NCBI GenBank assembly: GCA_965219005.1
Contig: CBDCMS010000004.1
Coordinates: forward strand, 1,146,449 to 1,210,448
Length of the DNA: 64,000 nucleotides
Reading direction: 5' to 3'
From: Acidobacteriota bacterium
Lineage (GTDB): Bacteria; Acidobacteriota; UBA6911; RPQK01; JAJDTT01
Under the pieces are notes generated by a model. The model was given only the letters and a program-made list of their open reading frames with translations, was not told where the DNA came from and did no database searches. Positions 29,001 to 41,600 of the stretch are shown here, one piece after another. The first letter of the stretch is position 1. The number at the start of each line of letters is the position of its first letter. A program made the position numbers and the translations under genes.

Positions 29001-32000
29001 ACGTCTCCTCGCTCACGTTTACACCGGCTAACTGGGACACGGCGCAAACGGTCACGGTCACGGGAGTCGACGACGACCTGGACGACGGGAACCAGAACAC
29101 GCTGATCACGATGAGCATCGATGATGCCAACTCCGACGACAACTTCGACCCGTTGTCAGATCAGACCGTGAGCACCACCACGGTGGACGATGACGTCTCC
29201 GGATTCACTCTAGTGGAGTCCTCAGGCTCGACCTCGGTGAATGAATCGGGAACGACCGATACGTTCACGGCGGTACTAGATGCGGAGCCCACCTCCAATG
29301 TGGTGATCCTGGTGAGCAGCGCCGACACCGGGGAAGCAACGGTCGATCTCTCCTTGCTGACCTTCACGCCCGCCAACTGGGATACGGCACAGACGGTGAC
29401 GGTCACGGGTGTAGACGATGACCTGGACGACGGCGACCAGAATACCCTGATCACACTTTCGATCGACGACATCAACTCCGATGACACCTTCGATCCCTTA
29501 CCCGATCAGACGGTGAGCGCAACCACGGTGGACGATGACGTCTCCGGCTTCACGATAGTCGAGTCGGGTGGATCGACTTCGGTGAATGAATCGGGCACCA
29601 CCGATACCTTCACGGCTGTGTTGGACGCGGAGCCCATCTCCAATGTGGTGATCCTGGTGAGTAGCGCCGACACCGGGGAAGCGACGGTCGACGTCTCGTT
29701 GCTGACCTTTACGCCCGCCAACTGGGATACGGCACAGACAGTCACGGTCACGGGTGTAGACGATGACCTGGATGACGGCGACCAGAACACGCTGATCACG
29801 CTTTCGATCGACGACATCAACTCCGATGACACGTTCGATCCGTTGGCCGACCAGACCGTCAGCGCCACGACGGTGGACGATGATGCCTCCGGCTTCACGA
29901 TCGTGGAGTCCTCAGGATCGACCTCGGTGAATGAATCGGGCACGACGGATACCTTCACGGCAGTGCTGGACGCGGAGCCGACTTCTAATGTCGTGATCCT
30001 GGTGAGCAGCGCCGACACGGGAGAAGCAACGGTCGATGTCTCCCTGCTGACCTTCACACCAGCCAACTGGGATACGGCGCAGACGGTGACGGTCACGGGC
30101 GTAGACGACGACCTGGACGATGGGGACCAGAACACCCTGATCACACTTTCGATCGATGACATCAACTCCGATGACACCTTCGATCCCCTGGCCGATCAGA
30201 CGGTCAGCGCTACCACAGTAGACGATGATGCCTCGGGCTTCACGATCGTCGAGTCGGGCGGCACCTCGGTGAATGAATCCGGCACCACCGACACGTTCAC
30301 GGCGGTGCTCGACGCCGAGCCGACCTCCAATGTTGTGATCCTGGTGAGTAGCGCGGACACCGGGGAAGCGACGGTCGACGTCTCGTTGCTGACCTTTACG
30401 CCAGCCAACTGGGATACCGCACAGACGGTCACAGTCACGGGAGTGGACGATGACCTGGACGACGGCGACCAGAATACCCTGATCACACTTTCGATAGACG
30501 ACATCAACTCCGACGATACCTTCGATCCCCTGGCCGATCAGACGGTGAGCGCTACCACGGTGGACGATGACGCCTCCGGCTTCACGATCGTGGAGTCGGG
30601 TGGGACTTCGGTGAATGAATCGGGCACCACCGATACCTTCACGGCAGTGCTCGACGCGGAGCCGACCTCCAATGTGGTGATCCTGGTCAGCAGCGCCGAC
30701 ACGGGAGAAGCGACGGTTGACGTCTCGTTGCTGACCTTCACGCCAGCGAACTGGGATACCGCGCAGACGGTCACGGTTACAGGAGTAGACGATGACCTGG
30801 ACGACGGCGACCAGAATACCCTGATCACACTTTCGATCGACGACATCAACTCCGATGACACGTTCGATCCCTTACCCGATCAGACGGTGAGCGCAACCAC
30901 GGTGGACGATGACGCCTCCGGCTTCACGATCGTGGAGTCGGGTGGGACTTCGGTGAATGAATCGGGCACCACCGATACCTTCACGGCGGTGTTGGACGCC
31001 GAGCCCACCTCCAATGTGGTGATCCTGGTGAGCAGTGCCGACACTGGGGAAGCCACGGTCGATGTTTCGCTGCTGACGTTTACGCCCGCCAACTGGGATA
31101 CGGCACAGACGGTCACCGTCACGGGAGTGGACGATGACCTGGACGACGGCGACCAAAACACCCTGATCACGCTGAGTATCGATGACGCGAACTCGGATGA
31201 CACCTTCGATCCCTTGGCCGACCAGACCGTGAGTGCGACCACGGTGGACGATGACGCCTCGGGCTTCACGATCGTCGAGTCGGGCGGCACCTCGGTGAAT
31301 GAATCGGGCACCACCGATACCTTCACGGCGGTGTTAGACGCCGAGCCCACCTCCAATGTGGTGATCCTGGTGAGCAGTGCCGACACCGGGGAAGCGACGG
31401 TCGACGCCTCGTTGCTGACCTTCACGCCAGGCAACTGGGATACCGCACAGACGGTCACGGTCACCGGAGTAGACGATGACCTGGACGACGGCGACCAGAA
31501 CACCCTGATCACACTTTCGATAGACGACATCAACTCCGATGACACCTTCGATCCCTTACCCGATCAGACCGTCAGCGCCACGACGGTCGACGATGACGCT
31601 TCGGGCTTCACGATCGTCGAGTCAGGCGGCACCTCGGTCAACGAATCGGGCACCACCGACACGTTCACGGCGGTGTTGGACGCGGAGCCCACCTCCAATG
31701 TGGTGATCCTGGTGAGCAGCGCCGATACCGGAGAAGCAACGGTCGATGTCTCCTTGCTGACCTTTACGCCCGCCAACTGGGATACCGCGCAGACGGTCAC
31801 GGTCACCGGAGTAGACGATGACCTGGACGACGGCGACCAGAACACCCTGATCACACTTTCGATAGACGACATCAACTCCGATGACACCTTCGATCCCTTA
31901 CCCGATCAGACCGTCAGCGCCACGACGGTCGACGATGACGCTTCGGGCTTCACGATCGTCGAGTCAGGCGGCACCTCGGTCAACGAATCGGGCACCACCG

Positions 32001-35000
32001 ACACGTTCACGGCGGTGTTGGACGCGGAGCCCACCTCCAATGTGGTGATCCTGGTGAGCAGCGCCGACACTGGGGAAGCCACGGTCGATGTTTCGCTGCT
32101 GACGTTTACGCCCGCCAACTGGGATACGGCACAGACGGTCACCGTCACGGGTGTCGACGATGATCTCGATGATGGCGACCAGAACACGCTGATCACTCTT
32201 TCGATCGACGACATCAACTCCGATGACACCTTCGATCCCTTACCCGATCAGACGGTCAGCGCTACCACGGTGGACGATGACGCTTCCGGATTCACGATCG
32301 TTGAATCAAGTGGATCGACCTCGGTGAATGAATCGGGCACCACCGATACCTTCACGGCGGTGTTAGACGCGGAGCCCACCTCCAATGTTGTGATCCTGGT
32401 AAGCAGCGCCGACACCGGGGAAGCGACGGTCGATGTCTCGTTACTGACCTTCACGCCAGCGAACTGGGATACGGCGCAGACGGTCACGGTCACCGGAGTA
32501 GACGATGACCTGGACGACGGAGACCAAAACACCCTGATCACGCTGAGTATCGATGACGCGAACTCGGATGACACCTTCGATCCCTTGGCCGACCAGACGG
32601 TCAATGCCACCACGGTGGACAATGACGCCTCGGGATTCACGATCGTGGAGTCGGGTGGGACTTCGGTAAATGAATCGGGCACCACCGATACCTTCACGGC
32701 GGTGCTGGACGCGGAGCCGATCTCCAATGTCGTGATCCTGGTCAGCAGCGCGGACACCGGGGAAGCGACGGTAAACGTCTCTTCGCTGACGTTTACGCCG
32801 GCCAACTGGGATACCGCACAGACAGTGACGGTCACGGGAGTAGACGACGACCTGGACGACGGAGACCAAAACACCCTGATCACGCTGAGTATCGATGACG
32901 CGAACTCGGATGACACCTTCGATCCCTTACCCGATCAGACGGTCAATGCCACCACGGTGGACGATGACGCCTCGGGATTCACGATCGTGGAGTCGGGTGG
33001 GACTTCGGTAAATGAATCCGGAACGACGGATATCTTCACGGCGGTACTGACGGCGGAGCCCACCTCCAATGTGGTGATCCTGGTCAGCAGCGCGGACACC
33101 GGGGAAGCGACGGTAAACGTCTCTTCGCTGACGTTTACGCCGGCCAACTGGGATACCGCACAGACAGTGACGGTCACGGGAGTAGACGATGACCTGGACG
33201 ATGGCGACCAGAACACGCTAATCACTCTTTCGATAGACGACATCAACTCCGATGACACCTTCGATCCCCTGGCCGATCAGACGGTGAGCGCAACCACGGT
33301 GGATGATGATGCTTCCGGCTTCACGATCGTGGAGTCCTCAGGATCGACCTCGGTGAATGAATCGGGCACGACGGATACCTTCACGGCGGTGTTGGACGCC
33401 GAGCCGACCTCCAATGTGGTGATCCTGGTGAGTAGCGCCGACACCGGGGAAGCGACGGTCGACGCCTCCCTGCTGACGTTTACGCCCGCCAACTGGGATA
33501 CGGCACAGACGGTCACGGTCACGGGTATCGATGACGACCTGGATGACGGAGACCAGAACACACTGATTACGCTTTCGATTGATGACATTAACTCCGACGA
33601 TACCTTCGACCCCCTACCCGATCAGACCGTGAGCGCCACGACGGTGGACGATGACGCCTCTGGTTTCACGATCGTGGAGTCGGGCGGCACCTCGGTGAAT
33701 GAATCCGGTACGACCGATACGTTCACGGCGGTGCTGGACGCGGAGCCGACCTCCAATGTCGTGATCCTGGTGAGCAGCGCCGATACCGGAGAAGCGACGG
33801 TCGACGTCTCCCTGCTGACGTTTACGCCCGCCAACTGGGATACCGGACAGACGGTCACGGTTACAGGAGTCGACGACGACCTGGATGACGGCGACCAGAA
33901 CACCCTGATCACACTTTCGATAGACGACATCAACTCCGATGACACGTTCGATCCCTTACCCGATCAGACGGTCAGCGCTACCACGGTGGACGATGACGCC
34001 TCCGGCTTCACGATCGTGGAGTCGGGTGGGACTTCGGTAAATGAATCGGGCACCACCGATACCTTCACGGCGGTGCTGGACGCGGAGCCGACCTCCAATG
34101 TGGTGATCCTGGTCAGCAGTGCCGACACGGGAGAAGCGACGGTTGACGTCTCGTTGCTGACCTTCACGACCGCCAACTGGGATACCGCGCAGACGGTCAC
34201 GGTCACGGGTGTGGACGACGACCTCGACGACGGGGATCAGAATACGCTGATCACGCTTTCGATAGACGATGCCAACTCCGACGATACGTTCGATCCCCTG
34301 GCCGATCAGACGGTGAGCGCCACCACGGTGGACGATGACGCCTCCGGATTCACGATCGTGGAATCTGGTGGGTCGACTTCAGTAGATGAATCCGGGACTA
34401 CGGATACGTTCACGGCGGTGTTGGACGCCGAGCCGACCTTCAATGTGGTGATCCTGGTGAGTAGCGCCGACACCGGGGAAGCGACGGTAAACGTCTCTTC
34501 GCTGACGTTTACGCCCGCCAACTGGGATACCGCACAGACGGTCACGGTCACGGGAGTAGACGATGACCTGGACGACGGCGACCAGAACACCCTGATCACA
34601 CTTTCGATCGATGACATCAACTCCGATGACACGTTCGATCCCTTACCCGATCAGACCGTCAGCGCTACCACGGTGGACGATGATGCCTCCGGCTTCACGA
34701 TCGTGGAGTCCTCAGGATCGACCTCGGTGAATGAATCAGGTACGACGGATACGTTCTCGGCGGTGCTCGATGCGGAGCCCACCTCCAATGTGGTGATCCT
34801 GGTCAGCAGCGCCGACACGGGAGAAGCGACGGTTGACGTCTCGTTGCTGACCTTCACGCCCGCCAACTGGGATACCGCACAGACGGTCACGGTTACTGGA
34901 GTAGACGATGACCTGGACGATGGTGACCAGAATACCCTGATCACCTTGAGTATCGATGACGCGAACTCGGATGACACCTTCGACCCCTTGGCCGACCAGA

Positions 35001-35638
35001 CCGTCAGCGCCACGACGGTCGACGATGACGCTTCGGGCTTCACGATAGTCGAGTCGGGTGGGACTTCGGTGAATGAATCGGGCACCACCGATACCTTCAC
35101 GGCAGTGCTGGACGCGGAGCCGACTTCCAATGTCGTGATCCTGGTGAGCAGCGCCGATACGGGAGAAGCGACGGTCGACGTCTCGTTGCTGACCTTCACG
35201 CCAGCCAACTGGGACACGGCGCAGACGGTGACGGTCACGGGTATCGATGACGACCTGGATGACGGAGACCAGAACACACTGATTACGCTTTCGATTGATG
35301 ATATTAACTCCGACGATAGTTTCGATCCCTTGCCCGATCAGACGGTCAGTGCCACGACGGTGGACGATGACGCTTCCGGTTTCACAATCGTGGAGTCCTC
35401 AGGTTCGACGTCGGTGAATGAATCGGGCACGACGGATAACTTCACGGCAGTTTTGACGGTGGAGCCCACCTCCAATGTGGTGATCCTGGTGAGCAGCGCC
35501 GACACCGGGGAAGCGACGGTCGACGTCTCCCTGCTGACGTTTACGCCCGCCAACTGGGATACGGCGCAGACGGTCACGGTCACGGGTGTAGACGATGACC
35601 TGGACGACGGCGACCAGAATACCCTGATCACACTTTAG
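26075..35638 (+). CDS. Giant secreted repeat protein (adhesin-like), N-terminal segment. It ends at an in-frame TAG (35636-35638) that interrupts an otherwise continuous ~7,350-codon frame
   Basis: Signal peptide MTLAALGRLKILPIFFMFAILCSAPAAAA. Two ~450-aa N-terminal duplicated modules are followed by 114-aa tandem repeats starting near 28.5 kb, carrying acidic DDDLDDGDQ and DDxNSDD motifs. The ORF starts at 25913, and I picked the Met at 26075 as the likely start. Confidence 0.85.
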   Translation: MTLAALGRLKILPIFFMFAILCSAPAAAATLNSVQSGTTTITGGSKTVTITSVDTSKAFLVFSTRQNEEEPDEVQISGQITNATTLTFDRAADEKTINVTWYVAEFTSGVSVQRGRDTVSSSTVNVSLTSVDTSKSFALISLESAVNDNSYSADNFVRAKITSSTNLQLQAVTPNASLAVEWQVVEFTDSSVQTGDVEFQTGDSSKTYTLTGVDTTKSWLIYTYKSQDGTSTDIGQKMVRGQITNATTLTFDRDNTGQTIDLSWFLVEFTDGTIVQHNSEPFSTSETQNDVTITAIDTSRAIAVGGNFLKGGKTPNTTLGDPSPAWFTLDLTSTTNLRMTRGATQTSTADVGWFVIDFLGDVPGSTVTESGGYTQVDESGTTDTFTVVLDVQPATDVVLLVSSGDTGEATVDKSSLTFTNANWTTAQTVTVTGVDDVPQDGHQNFNVTLSVDDANSDDAYDPVADQTVSVWTTDDDLGPVQLNSVQSGTTTLTGTSQTAAITSVDTSKAFLVFGVNVNENEPTKAQISGQITNSTTLTFARIATGNTVTITWQVVEFASGVSVQRGAADISGTGYPANATLVAVNIAKSFPIISHRTDGSSFDANDFWKAKITSPTNLEMDADNDPDVGFIEWQVVEYSDASVQQGDLSFASGDASKTDTVTSVDTSKSWLIYSYDTLTGTIADIGQKLIRGRLTNSTTLTFDRNNTGVTADLSWYLVEFSDLTTTQHGSQSFTTGETQKNVTISSVETAESIAAGGYYARGGRSSYSGDDNPGVGWFTLDLTSSTNLQIDRELTGSATADLGWFVVEFNQASFTVTESGGSTSVAEPGTTDTFTVVLDEKPNSNVVFNVSSGDTGEATVNVSSLTFTTANWSTAQTVTVTGVDDDIIDGNQNTTLTISVDDANSDDYFDPLADQTVSATTTDDDVAGFTVVESGGSTTVAESGTTDTFTAVLDAEPDSNVVITVASADTGEATVNVSSLTFTPANWDTAQTVTVTGVDDDLDDGNQNTLITMSIDDANSDDNFDPLSDQTVSTTTVDDDVSGFTLVESSGSTSVNESGTTDTFTAVLDAEPTSNVVILVSSADTGEATVDLSLLTFTPANWDTAQTVTVTGVDDDLDDGDQNTLITLSIDDINSDDTFDPLPDQTVSATTVDDDVSGFTIVESGGSTSVNESGTTDTFTAVLDAEPISNVVILVSSADTGEATVDVSLLTFTPANWDTAQTVTVTGVDDDLDDGDQNTLITLSIDDINSDDTFDPLADQTVSATTVDDDASGFTIVESSGSTSVNESGTTDTFTAVLDAEPTSNVVILVSSADTGEATVDVSLLTFTPANWDTAQTVTVTGVDDDLDDGDQNTLITLSIDDINSDDTFDPLADQTVSATTVDDDASGFTIVESGGTSVNESGTTDTFTAVLDAEPTSNVVILVSSADTGEATVDVSLLTFTPANWDTAQTVTVTGVDDDLDDGDQNTLITLSIDDINSDDTFDPLADQTVSATTVDDDASGFTIVESGGTSVNESGTTDTFTAVLDAEPTSNVVILVSSADTGEATVDVSLLTFTPANWDTAQTVTVTGVDDDLDDGDQNTLITLSIDDINSDDTFDPLPDQTVSATTVDDDASGFTIVESGGTSVNESGTTDTFTAVLDAEPTSNVVILVSSADTGEATVDVSLLTFTPANWDTAQTVTVTGVDDDLDDGDQNTLITLSIDDANSDDTFDPLADQTVSATTVDDDASGFTIVESGGTSVNESGTTDTFTAVLDAEPTSNVVILVSSADTGEATVDASLLTFTPGNWDTAQTVTVTGVDDDLDDGDQNTLITLSIDDINSDDTFDPLPDQTVSATTVDDDASGFTIVESGGTSVNESGTTDTFTAVLDAEPTSNVVILVSSADTGEATVDVSLLTFTPANWDTAQTVTVTGVDDDLDDGDQNTLITLSIDDINSDDTFDPLPDQTVSATTVDDDASGFTIVESGGTSVNESGTTDTFTAVLDAEPTSNVVILVSSADTGEATVDVSLLTFTPANWDTAQTVTVTGVDDDLDDGDQNTLITLSIDDINSDDTFDPLPDQTVSATTVDDDASGFTIVESSGSTSVNESGTTDTFTAVLDAEPTSNVVILVSSADTGEATVDVSLLTFTPANWDTAQTVTVTGVDDDLDDGDQNTLITLSIDDANSDDTFDPLADQTVNATTVDNDASGFTIVESGGTSVNESGTTDTFTAVLDAEPISNVVILVSSADTGEATVNVSSLTFTPANWDTAQTVTVTGVDDDLDDGDQNTLITLSIDDANSDDTFDPLPDQTVNATTVDDDASGFTIVESGGTSVNESGTTDIFTAVLTAEPTSNVVILVSSADTGEATVNVSSLTFTPANWDTAQTVTVTGVDDDLDDGDQNTLITLSIDDINSDDTFDPLADQTVSATTVDDDASGFTIVESSGSTSVNESGTTDTFTAVLDAEPTSNVVILVSSADTGEATVDASLLTFTPANWDTAQTVTVTGIDDDLDDGDQNTLITLSIDDINSDDTFDPLPDQTVSATTVDDDASGFTIVESGGTSVNESGTTDTFTAVLDAEPTSNVVILVSSADTGEATVDVSLLTFTPANWDTGQTVTVTGVDDDLDDGDQNTLITLSIDDINSDDTFDPLPDQTVSATTVDDDASGFTIVESGGTSVNESGTTDTFTAVLDAEPTSNVVILVSSADTGEATVDVSLLTFTTANWDTAQTVTVTGVDDDLDDGDQNTLITLSIDDANSDDTFDPLADQTVSATTVDDDASGFTIVESGGSTSVDESGTTDTFTAVLDAEPTFNVVILVSSADTGEATVNVSSLTFTPANWDTAQTVTVTGVDDDLDDGDQNTLITLSIDDINSDDTFDPLPDQTVSATTVDDDASGFTIVESSGSTSVNESGTTDTFSAVLDAEPTSNVVILVSSADTGEATVDVSLLTFTPANWDTAQTVTVTGVDDDLDDGDQNTLITLSIDDANSDDTFDPLADQTVSATTVDDDASGFTIVESGGTSVNESGTTDTFTAVLDAEPTSNVVILVSSADTGEATVDVSLLTFTPANWDTAQTVTVTGIDDDLDDGDQNTLITLSIDDINSDDSFDPLPDQTVSATTVDDDASGFTIVESSGSTSVNESGTTDNFTAVLTVEPTSNVVILVSSADTGEATVDVSLLTFTPANWDTAQTVTVTGVDDDLDDGDQNTLITL

Positions 35639-38600
35639 ATCGACGACATCAACTCCGATGATACGTTCGATCCCTTACCCGATCAGACGGTCAGCGCTAC
35701 CACGGTGGACGATGACGCCTCGGGATTCACAGTGGTGGAATCGAGTGGATCGACGTCGGTAGATGAATCGGGGACGACCGATACCGTCACGGTGGTACTG
35801 GATGCAGAGCCCGCCTCCAACGTGGTGATTACGACAACGAGTGGAGATACCGGCGAAGCGACCGTGGGTGTGTCCTCGTTGACCTTCACCCCGGCCAACT
35901 GGAATACCGCACAGCCGGTGACGGTCACGGGGGTGGACGACGACCTGGACGACGGCGACCAGAGCACGCTGATCACCCTGAGTATCGACGATGCCAACTC
36001 CGATGACAGCTTCGATCCCTTGGCTGATCAGACGGTCAACGCCACTACGGTGGATGATGACGCCTCCGGATTTACGATCGTGGAGTCGGGTGGATCGACT
36101 TCGGTGAATGAATCCGGCACGACGGATACCTTCACAGCGGTACTAACAGCGGAGCCAGCCACGAATGTTGTGATCCTGGTCAGCAGCGCTGACAGCGGCG
36201 AAGCGACCGTGAACGTGTCCTCGCTGACCTTTACGTCCGCCAATTGGAATACCGCGCAGACGGTCACAGTGACGGGAGTGGACGACGACCTGGACGACGG
36301 CGACCAGAGCACGCTGATCACCCTGAGTATCGATGATGCCAACTCCGATGACAGTTTTGATCCCTTGGCCGATCAGACGGTGAGTGCCACCACGGTGGAC
36401 GATGACGCCTCGGGATTCACCGTGGTGGAGTCCAGCGGGTCGACGTCGGTGAATGAGTCCGGCACGACGGATAGCTTTACAGTTGTCCTGACAGCAGAGC
36501 CAAGTTCCAACGTCGTGATTCTGGTGAGCAGCGCCGACACCGGTGAAGCGACGGTCGATCTCTCCCTCCTGACCTTCACCCCAGTCAACTGGGACACAGC
36601 GCAAGCGGTAACCGTTACGGGTGTGGACGACGACCTGGATGACGGCGACCAGAGTACGCTGATCACGCTTTCGATAGACGACGCCAACTCGGATGACACC
36701 TTCGATCCGTTGTCAGATCAGACGGTCAACGCCACTACGGTGGACGATGACGCCTCGGGATTCACAGTGGTGGAATCGAGCGGATCGACCTCGGTGAATG
36801 AATCGGGCACGACGGATAGCTTTACAGTTGTCCTGACAGCAGAGCCAAGTTCCAACGTCGTGATTCTGGTGAGCAGTGCCGATACCGGCGAAGCGACCGT
36901 GGGTGTGTCCTCGTTGACTTTCACGCCGGCCAACTGGAATACCGCACAGCCGGTGACGGTCACGGGAGTGGACGACGACCTGGACGACGGCGACCAGAGT
37001 ACGCTGATCACGCTTTCGATAGACGACGCCAACTCGGATGACACCTTCGATCCGTTGTCAGATCAGACGGTGAGTGCCACTACGGTGGACGATGACGCCT
37101 CGGGATTCACAGTGGTGGAGTCCAGCGGGTCGACGTCGGTGAATGAATCCGGCACGACGGATACCTTCACAGCGGTGCTAACAGCGGAGCCAGCCACGAA
37201 TGTAGTGATCCTGGTGAGCAGTGCCGATACCGGCGAAGCGACCGTGGGTGTGTCCTCGTTGACCTTCACCCCGGCCAACTGGAATACCGCACAGCCGGTG
37301 ACGGTCACGGGAGTGGACGACGACCTGGACGACGGCGACCAGAGCACGCTGATCACGCTGTCGATAGACGACGCCAACTCCGACGATTCCTTCGATCCGT
37401 TGTCAGATCAGACGGTCAACGCCACTACGGTGGACGATGACGCCTCGGGATTCACAGTGGTGGAATCGAGTGGATCGACCTCGGTGAATGAATCGGGTAC
37501 GACGGATAGCTTTACAGTTGTCCTGACAGCAGAGCCAAGTTCCAACGTCGTGATTCTGGTGAGCAGTGCCGATACCGGCGAAGCGACCGTGGGTGTGTCC
37601 TCGTTGACCTTCACCCCGGCCAACTGGAATACCGCACAGACGGTCACGGTCACCGGAGTAGACGATGACCTGGACGATGGCGACCAGAACACCCTGATCA
37701 CACTTTCGATCGACGACATCAACTCCGATGACACGTTCGATCCCTTGGCCGATCAGACGGTGAGTGCCACCACGGTGGACGATGACGCCTCGGGATTCAC
37801 GGTGGTGGAATCCAGCGGATCGACCTCGGTGAATGAAGCGGGCACGACGGATAGCTTTACAGTTGTCCTGACAGCAGAGCCAAGTTCCAACGTCGTGATT
37901 CTGGTGAGCAGTGCCGATACCGGCGAAGCGACCGTGGGTGTGTCCTCGTTGACCTTCACGCCGGCCAACTGGAATACCGCACAGCCGGTGACGGTCACGG
38001 GAGTGGACGACGACCTGGACGACGGCGACCAGAGTACGCTGATCACGCTTTCGATAGACGAGGCCAACTCCGACGATTCCTTCGATCCGTTGTCAGATCA
38101 GACGGTGAGTGTGACCACGGTGGACGATGATGTTGGCGGCTTCACGGTCGTGGAATCCAGCGGATCGACCTCAGTGGATGAATCGGGTACGACGGATACC
38201 TTCAGCGTGGTGCTGGCGGCGGAGCCAGCCTCGAACGTCGTGATCATGGTCGGCAGTGCAGATACGGGCGAAGCCACCGTGGACCAGGCGACGTTGACGT
38301 TCGTGCCGGGGAGCTGGAACACGCCTCAGGTGGTGACGGTGACCGGCGTCGATGATGATCTGGTCGACGGCGATCAGACTACGCTCGTCACGCTGTCAAT
38401 CGACGACGCCAACTCGGATGACACTTTTGATCCCTTGGCCGATCAGACGGTGAGTGTGACCACCACCGATGATGATGCGGCCGGCTTCACGGTGGTGGAG
38501 GCGGCGGGATCGACGTCGGTAAGCGAGTCGGGCACGACGGACACGTTCACAGTAGTTCTCACGGCAGAGCCTGCCTCCAACGTCGTGATCCTGGTCAGCA

Positions 38601-41600
38601 GTGCAGATACGGGCGAAGCCACCGTGGACCAAGCGACGCTGACGTTCGCACCGGGGACCTGGAACACGCCTCAAGTGGTGACGGTGACCGGTGTTGATGA
38701 TGATCTTGTTGACGGCGACCAGAGTACGCTCGTCACGCTGTCAATCGACGACGCCAACTCGGATGACACTTTTGATCCCTTGGCCGATCAGACGGTGAGT
38801 GTGACCACCACCGATGATGATGCGGCCGGCTTCACGGTGGTGGAGGCGGCGGGATCGACGTCGGTAAGCGAGTCGGGCACGACGGACACGTTCACAGTAG
38901 TTCTCACGGCAGAGCCTGCCTCCAACGTCGTGATCCTGGTCAGCAGTGCAGATACGGGCGAAGCCACCGTGGACCAAGCGACGCTGACGTTCGCACCGGG
39001 GAATTGGAACACGCCTCAGTTGGTGACGGTGACGGGAGTAGACGACGATTTGGTCGATGGCGACCAGAGTACGCTCGTCACGCTGAGCGTCGATGACGCC
39101 AACTCCGATGACACCTTCGATCCGCTGGCCGACCAGACGGTGAGTGTGACCACGACGGATGACGATGCGGCGGGCTTCACTGTGTTGGAGACGGCGGGAT
39201 CGACGTCGGTAAGCGAGTCGGGCACGACGGACACCCTTACAGTAGTTCTCACGGCAGAGCCTGCCTCCAACGTGGTGATCACGGTCGGCAGTGCCGATAC
39301 GGGCGAAGCCACGGTGGACCAAGCGACGCTGACGTTCGCACCGGGGACCTGGAACACGCCTCAGGTGGTGACGGTGACCGGCGTTGATGATGATCTGGTC
39401 GACGGCGACCAGAGTACGCTAATCACGCTGAACGTCGATGACGCCAACTCCGATGACAGCTTCGATCCCTTGGCTGACCAGACGGTCAATGCGACGACGA
39501 CGGATGATGACGCAGCCGGCTTTACAGTGGCGGAGACAGGCGGATCGACGTCGGTCAGCGAGTCGGGTACCACGGACACCTTTACAGTGGTCCTGACGGC
39601 AGAGCCGGCCTCTAGCGTGGTGATTCTGGTCAGCAGTGCCGATACGGGTGAGGTCACCGTGGACCAAGCGGCGTTGACATTTGCGCCGGGCAACTGGAGC
39701 ACGCCTCAGGTGGTGACGGTGACCGGTGTCGATGATGATCTCGTTGATGGCGATCAGACTACGCTCGTCACGCTGAGTGTTGATGACGCCACCTCGGATG
39801 ACACATTCGATCCCCTGGCTGACCAGACGGTGAGTGTGACCACCACCGATGATGATGCGGCCGGCTTCACGGTGTTGGAGACGGCGGGATCGACGTCGGT
39901 AAGCGAGTCGGGAACGACGGACACGTTCACAGTAGTTCTCACGGCAGAGCCTGCCTCTAACGTGGTGATCACGGTGGGCAGTGCCGATACGGGCGAAGCC
40001 ACGGTGGATCAGGCGGCGCTGACATTTGCGCCGGGCAACTGGAGCACGCCTCAGGTGGTGGCGGTGACCGGTGTCGATGATGATCTGGTCGACGGCGATC
40101 AGACTACGCTCGTCACGCTGAGCGTTGATGATGCCACCTCGGATGACACATTCGATCCCCTGGCTGACCAGACGGTGAGTGTCACGACCACGGACGATGA
40201 TGCGGCGGGCTTTACGGTGCTGGAGACGGGCGGATCGACTTCGGTGAGCGAGACAGGAACGACGGACACCTTCACAGTGGTGTTGACGGCGGAGCCGGCG
40301 TCCAGTGTCGTGATTCTGGTCAGCAGCGCCGATACGGGTGAGGCCACGGTGGATCAGTCAGCGGTGACGTTCACGCCGGCCAACTGGAATGCTCCACAGA
40401 TACTGACGGTCACCGGCATCGACGATGATCTGGTCGACGGCGACCAGAGGACGCTCGTCACCCTGAGCGTCGATGACGCCAATTCCGATGACGACTTCGA
40501 TCCTCTGGCCGACCAGACGGTGAGTGTGACTACGACGGACGATGACGCAGCCGGATTCACGGTAGGCGAGACGGGCGGATCGACTTCGGTGAGCGAAACA
40601 GGAACGACGGACACCTTCACAGTGGTGTTGACGGCGGAGCCGGCGTCCAACGTGGTGATCCTGGTCAGCAGCGCCGATACGGGTGAGGCCACGGTGGATC
40701 AGTCAGTCCTGACGTTCACGCCGGCCAACTGGAATGCTCCACAGATACTGACAGTGACCGGCATCGACGATGATCTGGTCGACGGCGACCAGACTACGCT
40801 CGTCACCCTGAGCGTCGATGACGCCAACTCGGATGACAGTTTTGATCCACTGGCTGATCAGACGGTGAGCGCGACCACGACGGATGACGATGCGGCCGGC
40901 TTCACCGTGTTGGAGACGGCGGGATCGACGTCGGTAAGCGAGTCGGGAACGACGGACACGTTCACAGTAGTTCTCACGGCAGAGCCTGCCTCCAACGTGG
41001 TGATCACGGTCGGCAGTGCAGATACGGGCGAAGCCACCGTGGACCAAGCGACGCTGACGTTCGCACCGGGGAACTGGAACACGCCTCAGGTGGTGACGGT
41101 GACCGGCGTCGACGATGATCTCGTCGACGGCGACCAGACCACGCTCGTCACACAGTCTATTGATGACGCCAACTCGGATGACGCCTTCGATCCCCTGGCC
41201 GACCAGACAGTCAGTGCGACCACCACGGATGATGACGCGGCCGGTTTCACGGTGTTGGAGACGGCGGGATCGACGTCGGTAAGCGAGTCGGGAACGACGG
41301 ACACGTTCACAGTAGTTCTCACGGCAGAGCCTGCCTCCAACGTGGTGATTCTGGTCAGCAGTGCCGATACGGGTGAGGCCACGGTGGATCAGTCAGCGGT
41401 GACGTTCACGGCGGCCAACTGGAATGCACCACAGATACTGACGGTCACCGGCATCGACGATGATCTGGTCGACGGCGACCAGAGTACGCTCGTCACCCTG
41501 AGCGTCGATGACGCCAATTCCGATGACACCTTCGATCCCCTGGCTAACCAGACGGTGAATGTGACCATCACCGATGATGATGCGGCCGGCTTTACGGTGG

